The position numbers and the translations under genes were made by a program. Positions 38,654-48,690 of a DNA stretch of 64,000 bases are shown piece after piece. The stretch lies in NCBI GenBank assembly GCA_900767825.1, contig CAAGAN010000028.1:619-64618 (forward strand), given 5' to 3'. Origin of the DNA: Bacilli bacterium (GTDB lineage: Bacteria; Bacillota_I; Bacilli_A; RFN20; CAG-826). The notes below the pieces were generated by a model. It saw only the letters and a program-made list of their open reading frames with translations, had not been told where the DNA came from and searched no databases. Position 1 is the stretch's first letter. Each line of letters begins with the position of its first letter.

Positions 38654-38683
38654 ATAATAAAAGAATAAGCAAGTATTAGTCAA
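38654..38683 (-). promoter_or_regulatory. candidate promoter giving a leaderless transcript of the 239-aa membrane protein gene
   Basis: On the minus strand: TTGACT (38683..38678), an 18-nt spacer, TATTAT (38659..38654), 7 nt, then ATG (38646). No SD. Confidence 0.45.
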
Positions 38684-39572
38684 TGTTTTTTAAATCGATA
38701 AAGCCATAACCGGCTAAATATGGCCCATACCTAAAGCCGATTGCAGGAGAGAATATAACATCAGGGAAATTGGTTTCAATTCCCGCGGCCACTTCTTTTT
38801 CCTTTAAAGTTTCTAGAAATTCCTTGCCAGTATATAGGTGGAATAAAAGATATTCTTTTCTTTTTTTATCTCTGATAAGTTCTTTTATTTTTGCAAAAGT
38901 ATCATCAAAAGCAACGCGTTGGAAAGGGGTGTTTTTAATCATATCGAAATAACCGTTTTTAGTAAGCTTAAATTCTGGAACATGATGAAACACCTTGGCA
39001 AAAATGTTTTTCCTTAAAGAAACTAGGTGATTTGCATATACGTAATCAATGTTTTTAGCAAGGGCAACTATGGTTTGGTTTTTAATTATCTTTTCTACTT
39101 TAACTAATATTTCAGAAGTAGGAGCACCCTTGTTGACCATTTCCTGTACTTTAAGAGCAATATAGCCTTGGTTAAAGCCAAATGTCCTTGAGTTAATGAC
39201 ATATGTCCTTATTTTAGATGCGAAATCTTTTGATAAAGAGCAAACGAAATCATAGGTACCGCCGAAGCAAGAAGAAAAAGTTACAAAAATAATTTCATCA
39301 TATTTTTCTTCTATAGCCTTATTAAATATTGAAACAATCTCATCATGAGTAGGCATGCTTGCTTTAGGCAATGATCTTTTGGATCTAAGGTCTTCTAGGG
39401 AAGAATAAAAAACATTAGGATCAGTATATTTTTCCAATACTCTAGTTGTTCCGTTATGTATAGCAGTCATATGAAGGCGAGTTATCCCGTAACAATTATC
39501 AATCCCTTCAACATAATCAAGGGAATCGGTTGTTGTTGATACTACTAATCGCTTCAATTCTTTGTTCATCAA
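38676..39572 (-). CDS. DegV-family fatty-acid-binding protein
   Basis: 298 aa. N-terminal LVVSTTTDSLDY resembles the DegV (I)VTDS.. start, and the size is typical. The call rests on pattern only. Confidence 0.6.
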   Translation of the reverse strand: MMNKELKRLVVSTTTDSLDYVEGIDNCYGITRLHMTAIHNGTTRVLEKYTDPNVFYSSLEDLRSKRSLPKASMPTHDEIVSIFNKAIEEKYDEIIFVTFSSCFGGTYDFVCSLSKDFASKIRTYVINSRTFGFNQGYIALKVQEMVNKGAPTSEILVKVEKIIKNQTIVALAKNIDYVYANHLVSLRKNIFAKVFHHVPEFKLTKNGYFDMIKNTPFQRVAFDDTFAKIKELIRDKKRKEYLLFHLYTGKEFLETLKEKEVAAGIETNFPDVIFSPAIGFRYGPYLAGYGFIDLKNID

Positions 39573-39672
39573 AAAACCTTAACACCAAATCAAAGCATTA
39601 ACAAACATAAAATTTAAAATCGATTATTTATTAACTTAGTTTTAAAAAATAGATCAAATATTAATACACGGG

Positions 39673-40524
39673 TTAAATGGTTTTTCTTTTACGTTTGGTT
39701 TTACGTTCATCTATAAGTACACCATAACGGATAGCGTCTAATGTTGGATTATAGTATTTGTAGCAGCTCAAAAATTTGTCAACATCCTTGCCAATCAGTT
39801 TCTCTTCATATCCATCTTCATAAAAAATATTCAAGCCTTCATCATCAAAATATTTGACCAAAACCAATTTCTTTACATTCCTAGTTGATAGGTATTTGCT
39901 TCCTAGATAAGAAGTACTTTCATAGAAATATTCGGGGAGTTTTTCTTCCGTTACGGGTCCAATTGTCCCATCTTTATTAGAAAGGAAACGAGTACATTCA
40001 AAACTTGAACCAACTATACCTAATTTGCTTCCTAGGCTTTGGTAATAAACATTAGCATCCACATATTTGGAGCCTTCATCAATATAAGAAAGCTGCAATA
40101 ATTCAGCTTCCTTAGCATCATCAAATAGGTTCTTGCCTTCAAAATAGATTCCATTCTCATCAACCTGAAATTCATAATTACCGTAATTGAGCTTTCCACT
40201 CTTCTCCAAGGAAAATATATTGTCGTACAAGTGATATAGATCTAACCCTTTGACTAATTGATCATTATGAATTTTAGTAGGTATGTCATTAAGGATAACT
40301 ACATAACCCTTAAAAGGAAAATCTATAAGTTTGCTTAGATCTCCGCTTGAGAGAATGAAAACAAAATCTCGTGGAGAAGAATGTTGTTTCTTAAATGCAG
40401 ACATTATTTTTTGAAAGGATGCAACGTCTTTAATCCCTTTTGCCAAGTATATCATCAACATTATTTTGACAGCCCAAAGCAATTTAGACAAACCAAATTC
40501 AAAACTAAGCCACTTATTGGGCAA
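39673..40524 (-). CDS. hypothetical protein with basic C-terminal tail (start uncertain)
   Basis: 283-aa ORF from a TTG. Internal ATGs at 40461 and 40455 are alternative starts. No family recognised. Confidence 0.4.
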   Translation of the reverse strand: MPNKWLSFEFGLSKLLWAVKIMLMIYLAKGIKDVASFQKIMSAFKKQHSSPRDFVFILSSGDLSKLIDFPFKGYVVILNDIPTKIHNDQLVKGLDLYHLYDNIFSLEKSGKLNYGNYEFQVDENGIYFEGKNLFDDAKEAELLQLSYIDEGSKYVDANVYYQSLGSKLGIVGSSFECTRFLSNKDGTIGPVTEEKLPEYFYESTSYLGSKYLSTRNVKKLVLVKYFDDEGLNIFYEDGYEEKLIGKDVDKFLSCYKYYNPTLDAIRYGVLIDERKTKRKRKTI

Positions 40525-40591
40525 AGATTAATGATTATTTAAAGTAATGGATATTAAAAATGTCCTGGGATAGCCAAGACATTATTGTTAA

Positions 40592-41371
40592 TTAAGCACC
40601 TTTCTTAAGTTGTTTAGCAGATACCTTAGTTACAAATTTCCTAGAGAAGAATCTTGGGGCAAAGCAAGATAGCTTATTTTTAAATCCCATGATGGCAAAG
40701 CTTTTCCCCTTGATTGATTTCTTATAACCATAAGTAGCGACATCTAAGGAGCTATAAGGTTTAATCTTCGAGAATGTATAGTCGTTATGGGCTTTAGACA
40801 CGAATTTCGAATTAAATGGGCCAGGGCAAAGAGTCAAAAGGTGGACATTTGTCTTCCTTAATTCATAGGCAATAGATTCACCTAGAATTGCTACAAAGCT
40901 TTTAGTAGCGTGGTAAGTGCACATATATGGTCCAGGAACTAATCCTGCAATAGAAGAGATGTTGATGATATGTCCTTCATCGTTTTTAAGCATGTCATCA
41001 AGAAATACACGAGTGAAATATAAAAGGGCATTGCAGTTGACTTCAGTCATCTTTAATTGCTTTGAAATGACCATATCCTTGAAATCGCAGCAATCACCAA
41101 ACCCAGCTGCATTGACTAGATTATTAACGAAATATCCATTGGTTTTAGTAAAATCGAAAACCTTTTGCAAATCATCAATTAAAGATAAATCCGCGACTAA
41201 TAAATCAATCTGGGTATCGGGGCTTTTTTCTTTTACATAGGCTTCGGTTTCCTTTAGACCTGTTTCGTCAACATCAACCAAAACCAAATTGTTGCCGTTT
41301 TTAGCATAAATATAGGCAAATTCCTTGCCAAGGCCACCGCCGGCACCGGTTATAAGAGTAACTTTTTCCAT
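40592..41371 (-). CDS. short-chain dehydrogenase/reductase (SDR)
   Basis: TGAGGGLGKEFA cofactor motif and YHATK catalytic motif. I place the start at ATG 41371 (MEKVTLITGAGGG). Confidence 0.85.
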   Translation of the reverse strand: MEKVTLITGAGGGLGKEFAYIYAKNGNNLVLVDVDETGLKETEAYVKEKSPDTQIDLLVADLSLIDDLQKVFDFTKTNGYFVNNLVNAAGFGDCCDFKDMVISKQLKMTEVNCNALLYFTRVFLDDMLKNDEGHIINISSIAGLVPGPYMCTYHATKSFVAILGESIAYELRKTNVHLLTLCPGPFNSKFVSKAHNDYTFSKIKPYSSLDVATYGYKKSIKGKSFAIMGFKNKLSCFAPRFFSRKFVTKVSAKQLKKGA

Positions 41372-41578
41372 TAAATTTAATTCCTTCTTGAACGTAGTAT
41401 ACTTCCTTTTGTCAAAAAGTGTTTTAGAAAATAGCAAAACCGCTACATGGGTCGCCTCTTTTTTTAAATCAAACAATAATCGAATTATATCAATGTAAAA
41501 ATATTGGAAATTTTAAACCGAAAAATAAATAGATTATTTTTATATCAAGAGTAGAATTGTAAGAATTTTGGAGAATGT

Positions 41579-43213
41579 ATGAAAAGAAAATCATTAATTA
41601 CATTAACTCTTCCACTTATCCTAGGGATTGCTAGCTGTGCAGGAGAAAGCACTTCAAGTAGCAGTCAAACTAATAAAGAAACGGAAGATAGTTCAACCGT
41701 CGTTACAACTGAGTCTAGCAAAGATAGCACTTCTTCAGTTGACCCGAATCAATTGAATCTAAAATTTGCTATCGCCGGAGATGAAGCCATTTTATTGAAA
41801 GTCAGTGGGAATGTTGAAGAAGTCGAAATCCCTTCAACTTATGAAGGTAAACCAGTCACTAGAATTGGTGAAAATGCATTTGAAGGTATGACAAAAATGA
41901 GAAAGCTAGTCCTTAATGAAGGTGTTAGGGAAATAGAGAAAAGTGCTTTCTCTGGTTGCACTAATCTTGATGACATTGCTTTACCAAGTTCATTAAGAAA
42001 AATAGATAACTACGCGTTCGTAAATATCCCTTATCTAGAAACGCTTACTTTACCTGAAGGGCTAGTCGAAATCGGTTCTGCCGTATTTTCTGGCTGTAAG
42101 GGGCTAAAAAATATATCAATACCTAATTCAATAGAAAAAATTGGCGGGAATAATTTTTCTAGTGAGAAACTAATAACCACCACCTATGAAGGAATCGATT
42201 ATTTAGGCAATGAAACTAATCCATACGTCTTAGCGTTCAGGCTTAACGAAGGCAATGCTTCGCCTGCCTCTATTAAATTACACGAGAATACCAAAGTACT
42301 TGGTGGTTCCTTATTGGAAAGTGAATCTAGCGTTACTAACATCACCTTAAACGATGGGCTAGTTACAATTGGAGGAAGCTCATTAAGAGGTACTTCTATT
42401 ACTTCGATTACTATACCAAGTTCAGTAAAGACTATTTCTGAATATGCCTTCAGTGGTTGCAAATCCCTAAAAGAATGCACGATTAACGGGAATGGGCTAA
42501 AAACAATTGAACACGAGGCCTTCTCTGGAGCAGCCGCCTTAACCAAATTAGATATACCAAGTTCAGTTGAAGAAATCGGTTATTATGCATTCACTGAATT
42601 CGATTCTGCTTCAAGTTTTACCTATAACGTGAAGGATAACGGCAATTACATCGGAAACGAAGCTGATCCATATCATGCCTTTATCGGAATGGTTGATAAC
42701 AAAGCCACTGCATTTACTTTGGATTCATCAGTTAAAATCCTAGCAGGACAATGTTTTAGAGATGCAACTAACCTTGCTTCCATTACTATTCCAAATTCAG
42801 TTACCTATATTGGGGATGGGGCTTTCTTCCAAGCAACATCATTAACCTCAATAACCATTCCATCTAGTGTAAAAATAATGGAAGGCGCTACATTTGATTC
42901 TTGTTCTTCTTTAACTTCTATCAAACTAGAAAACTCCCCATCCGTATTAAAATCAGGATTTGCCCAATCTTGCACTTCCTTAACCTCGTTTACTATCCCA
43001 AGCAGTGTTAAGAAATTAGAAACCGGCCTATTTGATAGAGATGCTTCTCTAGAAGAATTATATATCCCATCAACAGTAGTCGAGATTGAATCTGGTGCGA
43101 TTAGAAGCGTTCCAAACACAGTTTTAAATATCCAAGCAGAAAAAGCTTTGCCAATGTATGAAAAGAATTGGTTTAGCGGTGTTAAAGAATTCCATTACGG
43201 TATTAATAAATAG
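41579..43213 (+). CDS. surface lipoprotein with BspA-type leucine-rich repeats (LRR_5)
   Basis: Lipobox IASC and a Ser/Thr-rich linker. Repeated units of the form IPSSV..I...AF..C..L..I. Confidence 0.8.
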   Translation: MKRKSLITLTLPLILGIASCAGESTSSSSQTNKETEDSSTVVTTESSKDSTSSVDPNQLNLKFAIAGDEAILLKVSGNVEEVEIPSTYEGKPVTRIGENAFEGMTKMRKLVLNEGVREIEKSAFSGCTNLDDIALPSSLRKIDNYAFVNIPYLETLTLPEGLVEIGSAVFSGCKGLKNISIPNSIEKIGGNNFSSEKLITTTYEGIDYLGNETNPYVLAFRLNEGNASPASIKLHENTKVLGGSLLESESSVTNITLNDGLVTIGGSSLRGTSITSITIPSSVKTISEYAFSGCKSLKECTINGNGLKTIEHEAFSGAAALTKLDIPSSVEEIGYYAFTEFDSASSFTYNVKDNGNYIGNEADPYHAFIGMVDNKATAFTLDSSVKILAGQCFRDATNLASITIPNSVTYIGDGAFFQATSLTSITIPSSVKIMEGATFDSCSSLTSIKLENSPSVLKSGFAQSCTSLTSFTIPSSVKKLETGLFDRDASLEELYIPSTVVEIESGAIRSVPNTVLNIQAEKALPMYEKNWFSGVKEFHYGINK

Positions 43214-43231
43214 CAAAGGACAATATATAAA

Positions 43232-45169
43232 ATGAAACAAAAACTATTATTTACTTTATGCGCGTCTATTTTAACTTTAGGAATCTCTTCCTGTGGGACT
43301 GAGGTTTCTTCTTCTAAAACTAGTTCAACTGAAGGAACTTCTGAAGTTAGCAAAACCGATACAGAGTCTACTACAACTAGTCAAACAAGCAAAACTACAA
43401 GTGAAACCACTAGCGAATCTACCTCTGAATCTTCTACTTCTATAATTGAAGATAATGCTAATCTTGCTCAAGTTAAGCAGGCCTTAACGAATGCATCTAG
43501 TTTAGTATCCACCAAGACAATCAAATCCTCTTTATCAATTAGAGAAAATGAATATCGTCAAGTTGAAGTTGATGGAGTCCAAACATTAAAAAATACTAGA
43601 TACTCTATATCAAATAGCACCTTATCCTTCTTTGCTAATAAAGTATTTTCAGTCGAAGAAGAAAGAATCAATTCCGCTACAAACGATACTGAAGAAAACA
43701 CCAAGACCAAGACTAATTATGGAATTGCAAATGGCGTTTTTGTAAAAGAAGTTTCTGATTATTCAAAAGATGATGATAAATATGAAGTCAATTCATTAAA
43801 ATCCAAAGGAGAAAAAGTCGGAACCGAAATAAGTGAAGAAAACACTAACAACGTCTTTGCTAACGGCTTATTTAATGTTGTTACAACTTCGTTAAATAAG
43901 AAAGACCAATATAACCCAGTTGCTTATATCACAGCCAATTATCTTGATAAATTCAAAAATGGCCATGTTAACAAAAAAGAAAATTCCTATTCTTTAAGTG
44001 CAGAAGAAACAACTAAAGATGATGTCGATAATGATGTGTTTAACGAATATCAATTAACATTATCTTTTAATAATGATGGGGCTTTGCTAAATGCAGAAGG
44101 CACCTTCGCTGCTTTTGAATCTAACGCAGGGGTCAAAGGAAATAAGAATTTTGAATATATTGTTACCTTTAACCAAGAAGTCGGAGCTAGAACAAATTCC
44201 GATTTGGATTTTGATAAATATTTCTTCCAAAACGAAGAAGAATTATCAATTGGTTTCTCTACTACTAAACTAGGAACAGTTGAAGATAACATCAAATCAT
44301 TAGATACCCCATACTTCATTAGAGTTACCAAAAACATTGCTAGCAAGAACGAAAATATTGATAAGGTAAAGTTATTTAACGTTACAAACGCCGCTAACAA
44401 AGATTGCTCTTCTTGCTATGAATTAGTCGAAGAAGATGATGCCACTAAGTTCACCTTAAAAAAGGCTGGTAGTTATACACTTCATTTTAAGACAACAAAG
44501 ATTGAAGATATCCAAGTTAATATTAGTGTTATTGCAAACGAGATTACCTCCATCGCATTCCCAGAAATGCATTTAATCCATAGTTCGTTCAACAAAGACA
44601 ATTCATATCTCCCTGGTTCAACATTAAAAGGAGAAACTCCATTTGCAATCGAAGCCGGCGGAGAAAATGCTACTGATGATATTTCTTTCTCTATCAGTGG
44701 AGATGATTCTGCTACAGTCACAAAAACTGAAACTGCTTTTAGTTACAAACTAAATACAACCAAGGCATCTACCTTATCAATCAAAGCAACTTCTAAGACT
44801 TTAGGTGAAAGTAAGTCCATCACCAAGCAAGTCAAGGTTTATGATACAACTGATGAAGGCATCGCTGCTTTCTTAGGAAATACTGCCTGGTCAACCGCTG
44901 GGAATACTACTGGCAACATCAAAACACTTACATTTGGCTATGAAAGCGGAACCACTGGCACATTTGAATTAGTAGTTAATAATACTGATGCAGTTGTAAG
45001 TGGAACTTATTCAGTTGCAAATGGAGCCGTTTCAGTTGAAGTAAAAGAAAACCCAAGCAAGAGTAAAATTGTCCTAAATAGTATCAAAGTCACCGAAGGA
45101 AGAGGCGATATAGTTGTCGTCGTCAGTAGAGCCGGATCCGTTAGACCTGAATACGTCTTGCAAAACTAG
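43232..45169 (+). CDS. lipoprotein, unknown function, long Ser/Thr-rich linker
   Basis: Lipobox ISSC followed by about 50 residues of S/T/E-rich low complexity. 645 aa. Confidence 0.65.
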   Translation: MKQKLLFTLCASILTLGISSCGTEVSSSKTSSTEGTSEVSKTDTESTTTSQTSKTTSETTSESTSESSTSIIEDNANLAQVKQALTNASSLVSTKTIKSSLSIRENEYRQVEVDGVQTLKNTRYSISNSTLSFFANKVFSVEEERINSATNDTEENTKTKTNYGIANGVFVKEVSDYSKDDDKYEVNSLKSKGEKVGTEISEENTNNVFANGLFNVVTTSLNKKDQYNPVAYITANYLDKFKNGHVNKKENSYSLSAEETTKDDVDNDVFNEYQLTLSFNNDGALLNAEGTFAAFESNAGVKGNKNFEYIVTFNQEVGARTNSDLDFDKYFFQNEEELSIGFSTTKLGTVEDNIKSLDTPYFIRVTKNIASKNENIDKVKLFNVTNAANKDCSSCYELVEEDDATKFTLKKAGSYTLHFKTTKIEDIQVNISVIANEITSIAFPEMHLIHSSFNKDNSYLPGSTLKGETPFAIEAGGENATDDISFSISGDDSATVTKTETAFSYKLNTTKASTLSIKATSKTLGESKSITKQVKVYDTTDEGIAAFLGNTAWSTAGNTTGNIKTLTFGYESGTTGTFELVVNNTDAVVSGTYSVANGAVSVEVKENPSKSKIVLNSIKVTEGRGDIVVVVSRAGSVRPEYVLQN

Positions 45170-45177
45170 GAGTTTAT

Positions 45178-46905
45178 ATGAATAAAAAATTATTAATTAT
45201 TTCATTGCCACTTCTAACTTTATTAGTAGGTTGCAACGAGCCAGTTTCTTCCTCCTCTCCTATTTCTAGCGAAACCCTATCTTCAAAAATAAACCAAGAA
45301 ACCCAACTAGAAGAAACTCTAGAAAAGCTAAAAGAAGGATATAAATTAGAAGTACTTTATAACCAACATGTTAAAGTTGCATCTGGAAATGAATCAGAAA
45401 GTGATTTCTTTAAGTTACTAGATATATCCGCTAGCAAAGACATTTATAGATCAACTTCCTATAAAGAAGTAACGGATGTATCTCTTGTCAATAAAGAATC
45501 ATTTGTTAATGATATCTCTTATAGCAACAAGAACGGAAAACTAGTCGAATCTAGATTAACAGTAGAAAATGTGATTGAAGATAAGCAAGTCGTTGATTCT
45601 TCTTCATCTCCTATTACTTGGGCTGATTCTAATCTAGATAACTTCTTTGGAGTATTTAATTTTGCCTCACTAGAAAAGAATAAAGAAGGCAATTATATCT
45701 ATAAAGGAAAGATAAACGCCTTACAAAGACATAAAATAGCAGCCCAGTTACTAGGGATAGATGAATCAGGCCGTGCGATTAATGAAATTAGCTTTAGTTT
45801 TGAAGGCGAAGATCTTTATCTAAACGTTAAATTCGACACATACCAAACTACTATTTTAGGAGGTATGGCCGTAGTTGATGTTACAGATAATATCAAAGCT
45901 AAAATCATTAAAGCTGGTGAAATAGCTGCCCCAATAAGCAAAATCGAAAAAGAAGAAGATAAGACTTTTGCCGACGCTTTTAAAAAGCTACAAAACCTTA
46001 ACTTCAAAACTACTGCTAAAAATTATGAAATCAAATATAAAGATGGTAGGTACGAATTAGCTAGTAGCGCTTCTTGCCTAGTCTCTTCTTCATCAATCCA
46101 AACTACTATCAAAGATGAAAACGAAAAGATAGTTTCTGATGATGTTTATTTTAAGACTGAACACGGAATGCAAAAGGCTGTTAAATTTGGTAACGAATAT
46201 TACGCTAGTTTAACTCCAGTTGATAGAGCTATCTCTTCTTATTTCCCGACCTACAAGATTTCTAGCGTATTCTTTAATAAAGAAGGATATAAATATACCC
46301 TAGATAATGCATACACGGGGTTAATATCCTCTACTTATTTATTCTCACCATTCGTTAATGACGACATTAAGAATCTAGAGATTACAATAAGCGATTCTAG
46401 GATTGATATTGTTTCAACTAGCGATGGCAATGGGACAACCGTATTTGGAGAAAAAGAAGAATTTAGCTATGAAGAAATCGGAACCCAAACTGATTTTGAT
46501 TCTAGTGTAGTTAAATATGATTCCTCTACTTTATCATGGAAGAAAGTAATTAGAGATTCTTCTACTTATAAAAGCTTAGTATCCCAGGCTATAAACGAGG
46601 AGACATTAAATAAAATTCCTTTCTTTGGAGGAGTTTATGTAGAGGCTAAATATGTTGAATCTGGTTTCTCTTATCCATATTTATCAGTAACAGTAAATAG
46701 CCAAACCCAAGCCCAGGAATTAGAAACTAGATATGATGCTGCTCTTCCTTTAGCAGGATTTAAACTTAATAAAAAGACTGAGGCATATGAAATAAGCGTT
46801 GGAAGTGAAACACTTCAAGTAGTCCCTGTAGCACAGGCAATGCAAGATTTATCAGGAAATACTTCATATGTATTTGCCTTGATCCTAAATAAAATAAGCA
46901 AATAA
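45178..46905 (+). CDS. lipoprotein, unknown function
   Basis: Lipobox LVGC and a short Ser-rich linker. 575 aa. AGGAG SD. Confidence 0.65.
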   Translation: MNKKLLIISLPLLTLLVGCNEPVSSSSPISSETLSSKINQETQLEETLEKLKEGYKLEVLYNQHVKVASGNESESDFFKLLDISASKDIYRSTSYKEVTDVSLVNKESFVNDISYSNKNGKLVESRLTVENVIEDKQVVDSSSSPITWADSNLDNFFGVFNFASLEKNKEGNYIYKGKINALQRHKIAAQLLGIDESGRAINEISFSFEGEDLYLNVKFDTYQTTILGGMAVVDVTDNIKAKIIKAGEIAAPISKIEKEEDKTFADAFKKLQNLNFKTTAKNYEIKYKDGRYELASSASCLVSSSSIQTTIKDENEKIVSDDVYFKTEHGMQKAVKFGNEYYASLTPVDRAISSYFPTYKISSVFFNKEGYKYTLDNAYTGLISSTYLFSPFVNDDIKNLEITISDSRIDIVSTSDGNGTTVFGEKEEFSYEEIGTQTDFDSSVVKYDSSTLSWKKVIRDSSTYKSLVSQAINEETLNKIPFFGGVYVEAKYVESGFSYPYLSVTVNSQTQAQELETRYDAALPLAGFKLNKKTEAYEISVGSETLQVVPVAQAMQDLSGNTSYVFALILNKISK

Positions 46906-46923
46906 CTAACGCAATAACGATTA

Positions 46924-46955
46924 AGGGCAGGATTAACTGCTCTTTTTCATTTTAG
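46924..46955 (+). terminator. Rho-independent terminator after the lipoprotein operon
   Basis: AGGGCAG-GATTAA-CTGCTCT (one G-U pair) followed by TTTTCATTTT. Confidence 0.6.
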
Positions 46956-46990
46956 ACATCTATGTTTTGAAAAAGCGTTATAATAAGTCC

Positions 46991-48658
46991 GTGTTAAAAA
47001 GACTTTGTATTAATAACCTTGCAATTATCTCCAATATAGATTCGACATTCGAAGATGGTTTTAGCGTTCTTACAGGTGAAACAGGAGCTGGCAAAAGCCT
47101 TGTAATCGATTCGCTTTCCCTCCTATTAGGAAGCAGGGCCTCAACTGAATTAATTAGAAAAGGAGAAGAAAAGGCTATCGTAAAAGGTTATTTTGAAGTT
47201 AATAAGCCCCAACTAGAAGCCTTGTTCTTAAAATTAAATATCCCTTATAACCAAGGCGAAATAGAAATAGAAAGAGTAATAGGAAGAAATAAGAGTTACA
47301 TCAAAGTCAATAACACCCCTACTAACTTATTGGATTTATCTAAAATCGCTCCCTTTTTAGCAGATATCCACTCCCAATTCGATTTTGAAAAGATATTAAA
47401 TGAAGATAATTATCTAGGTATCATAGATGGGTTTTCTTTTGATTTAATTTCATCTTATAAAGAGAAATATCAAGCTGCCCTGAATCAATATAAAGTAGCT
47501 AAAGAAGCCTATTCATCATTATTAGAGAAGCAAAAGCAAATCGATTCCAATTATGATTTCTATTTATATCAATATAACGAATTGAAGCAAATGGATTTAA
47601 AAGAAGATGAAGAAAAGCAAATCCAAGAAGAAATATCCCTACTAGAAAACTTTGATAAAATCCATTCTCTCCAAGAAGAGACAAAAGAGTTGCTTAACGG
47701 AGATTTCCTAGATAAATTCTTTGAATTGGATAATAACCTTGAAAAGCTTTCTTCCTACCAAGAAAAATATAAAGAAGCCTATTCATTAATAGATGAAAGA
47801 TATCTTGAATTAAATGATTATTTGTCTTCATTAAAGAGGAAATTCGACGATATTGATTATGATCCTGCTAGATTAGATGAATTAAATCAAAGGCAAGTGG
47901 ATATAATCGCCTTAAAAAGAAAATATAAGAAGGATTTCAATGAACTTCTTTCCTATAAAGATGAATTGTCATTGCTACTAGAAAATAAGGATAATCTTTC
48001 TAATGAAATAAATAAAAAGAAGGAAGAAATGGATAAATTATTCCTTGCTACATTAGAGAAGGGGAAAGAATTAAGCAAGGTAAGGCAATCTTTATCAAAT
48101 AAAATTGAAAAAGAATTAGAACGTAGCCTTAATGATCTTCTTTTAAAAGCTGAGTTTAAGATAATGTTTATTCCAAACGAAAAAGAAGATGATTCAATTT
48201 TCCTTGAAAGTGGCATAGATAAAATAGATTTCCTAATCGAAACAAATGTAGGAGAAGGATTAAAGAGCTTATCCAAGATAATATCAGGAGGAGAGGCTAG
48301 CAGGATTATGCTTGCTTTTAAATCTTTATTCATAAAAGCCAACAAGGTACCTACTGTTATATTCGATGAAATCGATACAGGTATATCAGGAGAGACTGCC
48401 CAGGCCGTTGCTAGGAAAATAAAAGAAATATCTTTATCCACCCAGGTAATTTCTATTACCCATATGCCTCAAGTTGCTTCACTTAGCGATCACCACATCT
48501 TGATTAGCAAGCTCATAAAAGATGGCAGGACGTATGCTAAAATGAAAGAATTGAACCTAGAAGAAAAGATTAAACAAGTCGCATATCTAATTTCAGGAGA
48601 CAAAATCACCCCTTCCCAACTAGAATATGCAAAAGAAATGGTTTTAGGAAGTAATTAA
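46991..48658 (+). CDS. recN: DNA repair protein RecN
   Basis: LTGETGAGKS Walker A, long coiled coil, and C-terminal SGGE signature with FDEIDTGISG. The N-terminus aligns with RecN from GTG 46991 (VLKRLCINNLAII). A TTG at 46967 is an alternative start. Confidence 0.9.
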   Translation: MLKRLCINNLAIISNIDSTFEDGFSVLTGETGAGKSLVIDSLSLLLGSRASTELIRKGEEKAIVKGYFEVNKPQLEALFLKLNIPYNQGEIEIERVIGRNKSYIKVNNTPTNLLDLSKIAPFLADIHSQFDFEKILNEDNYLGIIDGFSFDLISSYKEKYQAALNQYKVAKEAYSSLLEKQKQIDSNYDFYLYQYNELKQMDLKEDEEKQIQEEISLLENFDKIHSLQEETKELLNGDFLDKFFELDNNLEKLSSYQEKYKEAYSLIDERYLELNDYLSSLKRKFDDIDYDPARLDELNQRQVDIIALKRKYKKDFNELLSYKDELSLLLENKDNLSNEINKKKEEMDKLFLATLEKGKELSKVRQSLSNKIEKELERSLNDLLLKAEFKIMFIPNEKEDDSIFLESGIDKIDFLIETNVGEGLKSLSKIISGGEASRIMLAFKSLFIKANKVPTVIFDEIDTGISGETAQAVARKIKEISLSTQVISITHMPQVASLSDHHILISKLIKDGRTYAKMKELNLEEKIKQVAYLISGDKITPSQLEYAKEMVLGSN

Positions 48659-48690
48659 AAACGTGGCAATCAACCACGTTTTGCTTTATT
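48657..48690. terminator. bidirectional terminator between recN and the dipeptidase gene
   Basis: AACGTGG-CAATCAA-CCACGTT, flanked by an A-run and TTTTGCTTTATTT. Confidence 0.65.

Noticed and set aside
46953-46966. AGACATCTATGTTT upstream of recN, considered as a possible LexA (Cheo) box.
   Set aside because: It does not fit CGAAC-N4-GTTCG. Only a weak ACAT..ATGT dyad is present.
46967-46984. TTGAAA followed by TATAAT upstream of recN, which at first looked like a -35/-10 pair.
   Set aside because: The spacer is only 6 nt, so the two cannot form a sigma-70 promoter. Only the TATAAT is retained as a possible -10.
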